In this document: piece by piece, positions 61,365 through 64,000 of the stretch
How the letters are laid out: each line of letters starts with the position of its first letter
Numbering within the stretch: the stretch's first letter is position 1
Assembly (NCBI GenBank): GCA_023954155.1
Contig: JAMLIO010000003.1
Span: 216,920 to 280,919 of the forward strand
From: Pseudobdellovibrionaceae bacterium
GTDB lineage: Bacteria; Bdellovibrionota; Bdellovibrionia; Bdellovibrionales; UBA1609
DNA length: 64,000 nt
Direction: 5' to 3'
Notes under the pieces: generated by a model
What the model saw: only the letters and a program-made list of their open reading frames with translations
Databases searched by the model: none
Told to the model about the DNA's origin: nothing
Translations under genes and position numbers: made by a program

Positions 61365-62540
61365 CTACTGAGTTAATCTTAAAAAAAGCGTTCTTAAACT
61401 TTTGCTTAAAAAAAACTCACTTGGGAAGGTCCCACACCCCTGACAGTCTGAAGCCGTAGCACTAGGGACAGAGACAGCCGAAGGGACCGAAGAAAAAGGG
61501 ATAGCCTTAAACGAAGGACTTTCCACAGCTTCTAGGTGATGCTCACCTTGGCTGTTAAAAGTCAGATACAAAAAGCCCGTCTTAGAAGTTGAACCCGTAC
61601 GATCTTTAGTGAGGACCTTGCGTGCTCCAGATCCCAATAAAGGAACCGAAATGTATTTGACCGAACCATTTCTATGGCCTGGGTAAAACACATGGCTATG
61701 TCCACTTAAATAATAAGTCACACCATAGGCCTCAAGAATGTCTTCCATTCTTTTACTGTAACCATTTTTTGCTGTTCCTAAAGCGATGTATTCAGAGGCT
61801 TTACCAAAGGCCACAGGATAAAGAGGGACATGACCAAACACCACTTTGATTTTATAATTCTTGCCCGCCTCAAGCACCTCTTCTAGCCACCCTAACTGAT
61901 CATTCACCAGCGGGCCTACGGCTGTGGCATCAAGACTTACAAATAGAGCCTCACCCATTGTGACCGCAAAATTTAAGGGATAGTTTTGCTCGACGTGGGG
62001 TAAAAAATGAACTTGTTCGTGAGAGGGCCTGCTTGAGTTAAAACGCGCAATAGGAAAACCATTCCATTCTTTCACATACATGTCGCGCTCTTTTTTAAAT
62101 GAACTCCCCACTGAAGCATCATGGTTTCCTGGTGATGGTAACAAGGGTAAACCTACCGCACTCAAAGGGCTTGTGACTGCACCACGAAATGCCGACCACA
62201 TCTTAGCGTAATCAAGACCTGTCTTTTGCCCCGCCACCATATCGCCCGTTGATAGCACCAAAGAGACCTCTGCATCTTGAGCAATATAGTTAATGGCAGA
62301 TTTCACAGCCGAAGAGTATGTTGTGCTTCCATAAGAGCCATTCATATCTGAAATGACAGCGACCTTCCATACATGGTTTTGGGGAGGTTCAGGTGGGGAG
62401 GGATTGTCGGGAGTTGTAGGCTCTTCTACATCTGTTCCCGCATCATTGTTGGATTGCCCTGCCGAAATATTTGAATTCGCACAACCTGCCAAGAAGAATA
62501 AACACACCAAAACGCCGCTGAATTTATATTGAATGCTCAT
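61365..62540 (-). CDS. Calcineurin-like metallophosphoesterase lipoprotein
   Basis: Lipobox FFLAGC, with motifs ISDMNGS, GDMVAGQ, PGNHD, GHVPLY and GHSHVF. Confidence 0.75.
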   Translation of the reverse strand: MSIQYKFSGVLVCLFFLAGCANSNISAGQSNNDAGTDVEEPTTPDNPSPPEPPQNHVWKVAVISDMNGSYGSTTYSSAVKSAINYIAQDAEVSLVLSTGDMVAGQKTGLDYAKMWSAFRGAVTSPLSAVGLPLLPSPGNHDASVGSSFKKERDMYVKEWNGFPIARFNSSRPSHEQVHFLPHVEQNYPLNFAVTMGEALFVSLDATAVGPLVNDQLGWLEEVLEAGKNYKIKVVFGHVPLYPVAFGKASEYIALGTAKNGYSKRMEDILEAYGVTYYLSGHSHVFYPGHRNGSVKYISVPLLGSGARKVLTKDRTGSTSKTGFLYLTFNSQGEHHLEAVESPSFKAIPFSSVPSAVSVPSATASDCQGCGTFPSEFFLSKSLRTLFLRLTQ

Positions 62541-62857
62541 AAGAGCTTTTCGGTTTTATCGACTTGATGTTCGACGAACTTTGGTCGGGAATTCCATACG
62601 TCTACTTTAGAACTTTAGACCACCCTAGACACCAACAAAACGATGCCCCAAGGATGCACGAACACAAAGCCACCCCCACTGAAACCCTGCCAGAGTAAGC
62701 ACCAGCAACTACCACTATCTGTTGATGACACTTTTTGGCTCTGGCATCAAATTTAGTCACAAAAGCTGGGCTTTAGAACCTCCCAGTCTTCTTTTTTTGG
62801 CACCATTTTAGCTACTTAAGTACGATTCAAAAATCTTTAGTTTATAAGGAGTGTACC

Positions 62858-63286
62858 TTGAAACCATTATTTTCAATTTTTATACTTTGTTTTTTGACTT
62901 CTGTTGCTGCAAAAGCTGAGGTTCCTAGACGTCACCCCATCTTTGGCCAATGGCTCACCCAGGACCATAAGCAAAACAAAAAATATCGTTCCATCGTGAT
63001 GGACGCCAAGACCAAACAGCCTCGCGTTTACAACTGCGTTCGTAGCCAGACTGAAGGCGGTATCGAACTGTCTGTTGTAGTATGTCGAGAAGGTGCACCC
63101 ACAGAAAGATTCCTAAACTACAATCAAAAAGCAGATAAGTTTTGGTTCTCACAAAACCGTTTGACTGAACTGTCTGTAGATCGAAGCGGAGACGTGATGT
63201 ACGAAAACTCTGGAGTATTTGGCCTTGTACAGACCGAATGGTACCGCGTTTATGATCCTATGGTCGAATTTGTTTACGTGAAGTAG
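62858..63286 (+). CDS. Hypothetical secreted protein
   Basis: 142 aa. TTG start with AAGGAG 7 nt upstream. Signal peptide ILCFLTSVAAKA. Confidence 0.5.
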   Translation: MKPLFSIFILCFLTSVAAKAEVPRRHPIFGQWLTQDHKQNKKYRSIVMDAKTKQPRVYNCVRSQTEGGIELSVVVCREGAPTERFLNYNQKADKFWFSQNRLTELSVDRSGDVMYENSGVFGLVQTEWYRVYDPMVEFVYVK

Positions 63287-63301
63287 TTTTGTTTCAACAC
63301 G

Positions 63302-64000
63302 CTAAATTGCTGTTGTGACCAAATAAGTTGTGTAAGCCACAAATGAAGCTAGAAGAACACCTCCTTCTAGGCGATTGATTTTCCCCAACTTACCTTTAAA
63401 TCCCCAACCAAAAATAAAAAGCGACACTGTCAGAAGAGTCATGGCAGTGATATCGCGATTTAAAATTTCCACTTCAAAAGTCAACGGACAAATCATACCC
63501 GCTATACCGACAACAGCTAATGTATTAAATAAGTTCGATCCCAAAATATTTCCCAAAGCAATATCTGGCTCTCCTTTGCGGGCCGCGATGATCGAAGACG
63601 CTAATTCAGGGAGCGAAGTTCCAATTGCCACCACGGTTAAGCCCACAACAATATCGGAAACCCCTAAGCTCTTTGCAATTCCAACAGCGCCAAAAACCAA
63701 AAACCTTGAACTGATGATCAATAAAACAAGTCCTACAATTAAAAATAATAATGATCTTTTAAGGACAATGTCCTTTCCTGCCAACTCATTGTTCACTTCT
63801 ACAGCCAAAGAGTCCTTTTTATTTTTTACACTTTCCATCAGTGTCCACACCATCAAGCCAGCAAAAACGCTAAGAAAGATTATGGCATCTAGTCTTGAAA
63901 CATTAAGATCAAAAATTAAAGCGATAGTCAGAAGGGTGACACCAACCAAAATAGGCAACTCCTTAGTCAGTATCTGTGAATGAACAGTTATAGGCATCAG
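63302..64000 (-). CDS. Ca2+/Na+ antiporter (CaCA / YrbG family); N-terminus beyond the window end
   Basis: The alpha-repeat GTSLPELASSIIAARKGEPDIALGNILGSNLFN is present. The frame remains open to position 64000. Confidence 0.85.
   Translation of the reverse strand: MMPITVHSQILTKELPILVGVTLLTIALIFDLNVSRLDAIIFLSVFAGLMVWTLMESVKNKKDSLAVEVNNELAGKDIVLKRSLLFLIVGLVLLIISSRFLVFGAVGIAKSLGVSDIVVGLTVVAIGTSLPELASSIIAARKGEPDIALGNILGSNLFNTLAVVGIAGMICPLTFEVEILNRDITAMTLLTVSLFIFGWGFKGKLGKINRLEGGVLLASFVAYTTYLVTTAI

Noticed and set aside
63375-63983. 202-aa plus-strand ORF
   Set aside because: It is antisense to the CaCA antiporter, whose alpha-repeat motif is unambiguous on the minus strand. This is a shadow ORF.

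Overview
This is a 64-kb, moderately AT-rich bacterial chromosomal segment with about 58 protein genes, one SRP (4.5S) RNA, one rearranged IS3-family element, and no rRNA, tRNA or CRISPR. Gene content suggests a Bdellovibrio-like predatory bacterium: an orphan mglA, a TIGR02147-type gene, an OlsF-like ornithine-lipid gene and many signal-peptide proteins of unknown function. That placement is inference only, since no database search was possible.

The backbone is housekeeping. It includes xth, a peroxiredoxin, kdsA, an osmoprotectant-type ABC transporter, a phenylalanine-hydroxylase-like gene, ppk1-ppx, ribD, nadA, the dnaX-ybaB-recR string with ffs upstream, radD, an atoE-like gene, an ABC-F ATPase and a CDF transporter.

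Two regions stand out.

(1) An accessory islet of about 7.7 kb lies at 14.8-22.5 kb, between the olsF-like gene and the GFA/ribD genes. It carries:
- an HTH + Fic pair (mobile mystery protein A/B type);
- a 620-bp noncoding AT-rich control region containing a perfect palindrome;
- a stand-alone OLD/GajA-like ATPase-Toprim gene;
- a chimeric IS3 element that has decapitated a yaiI gene;
- a 515-aa protein fusing an AbiEi-antitoxin-like N-terminus to a Fic domain, preceded by 32-bp direct repeats and followed by three copies of one dyad motif.
This is my best candidate for an undescribed defence/toxin system.

(2) A divergent cluster of unknown function lies at 36.2-45.3 kb. It contains a membrane-fused spermidine-synthase-like protein, two paralogous Cys-rich prepilin-like proteins, a secreted HEXXH protein and small secreted proteins.

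Other notable signals are an in-frame A-AAA-AAG heptamer in dnaX at the tau/gamma-equivalent position, and 11 perfect copies of a 9-bp tandem repeat in the atoE-like promoter region.
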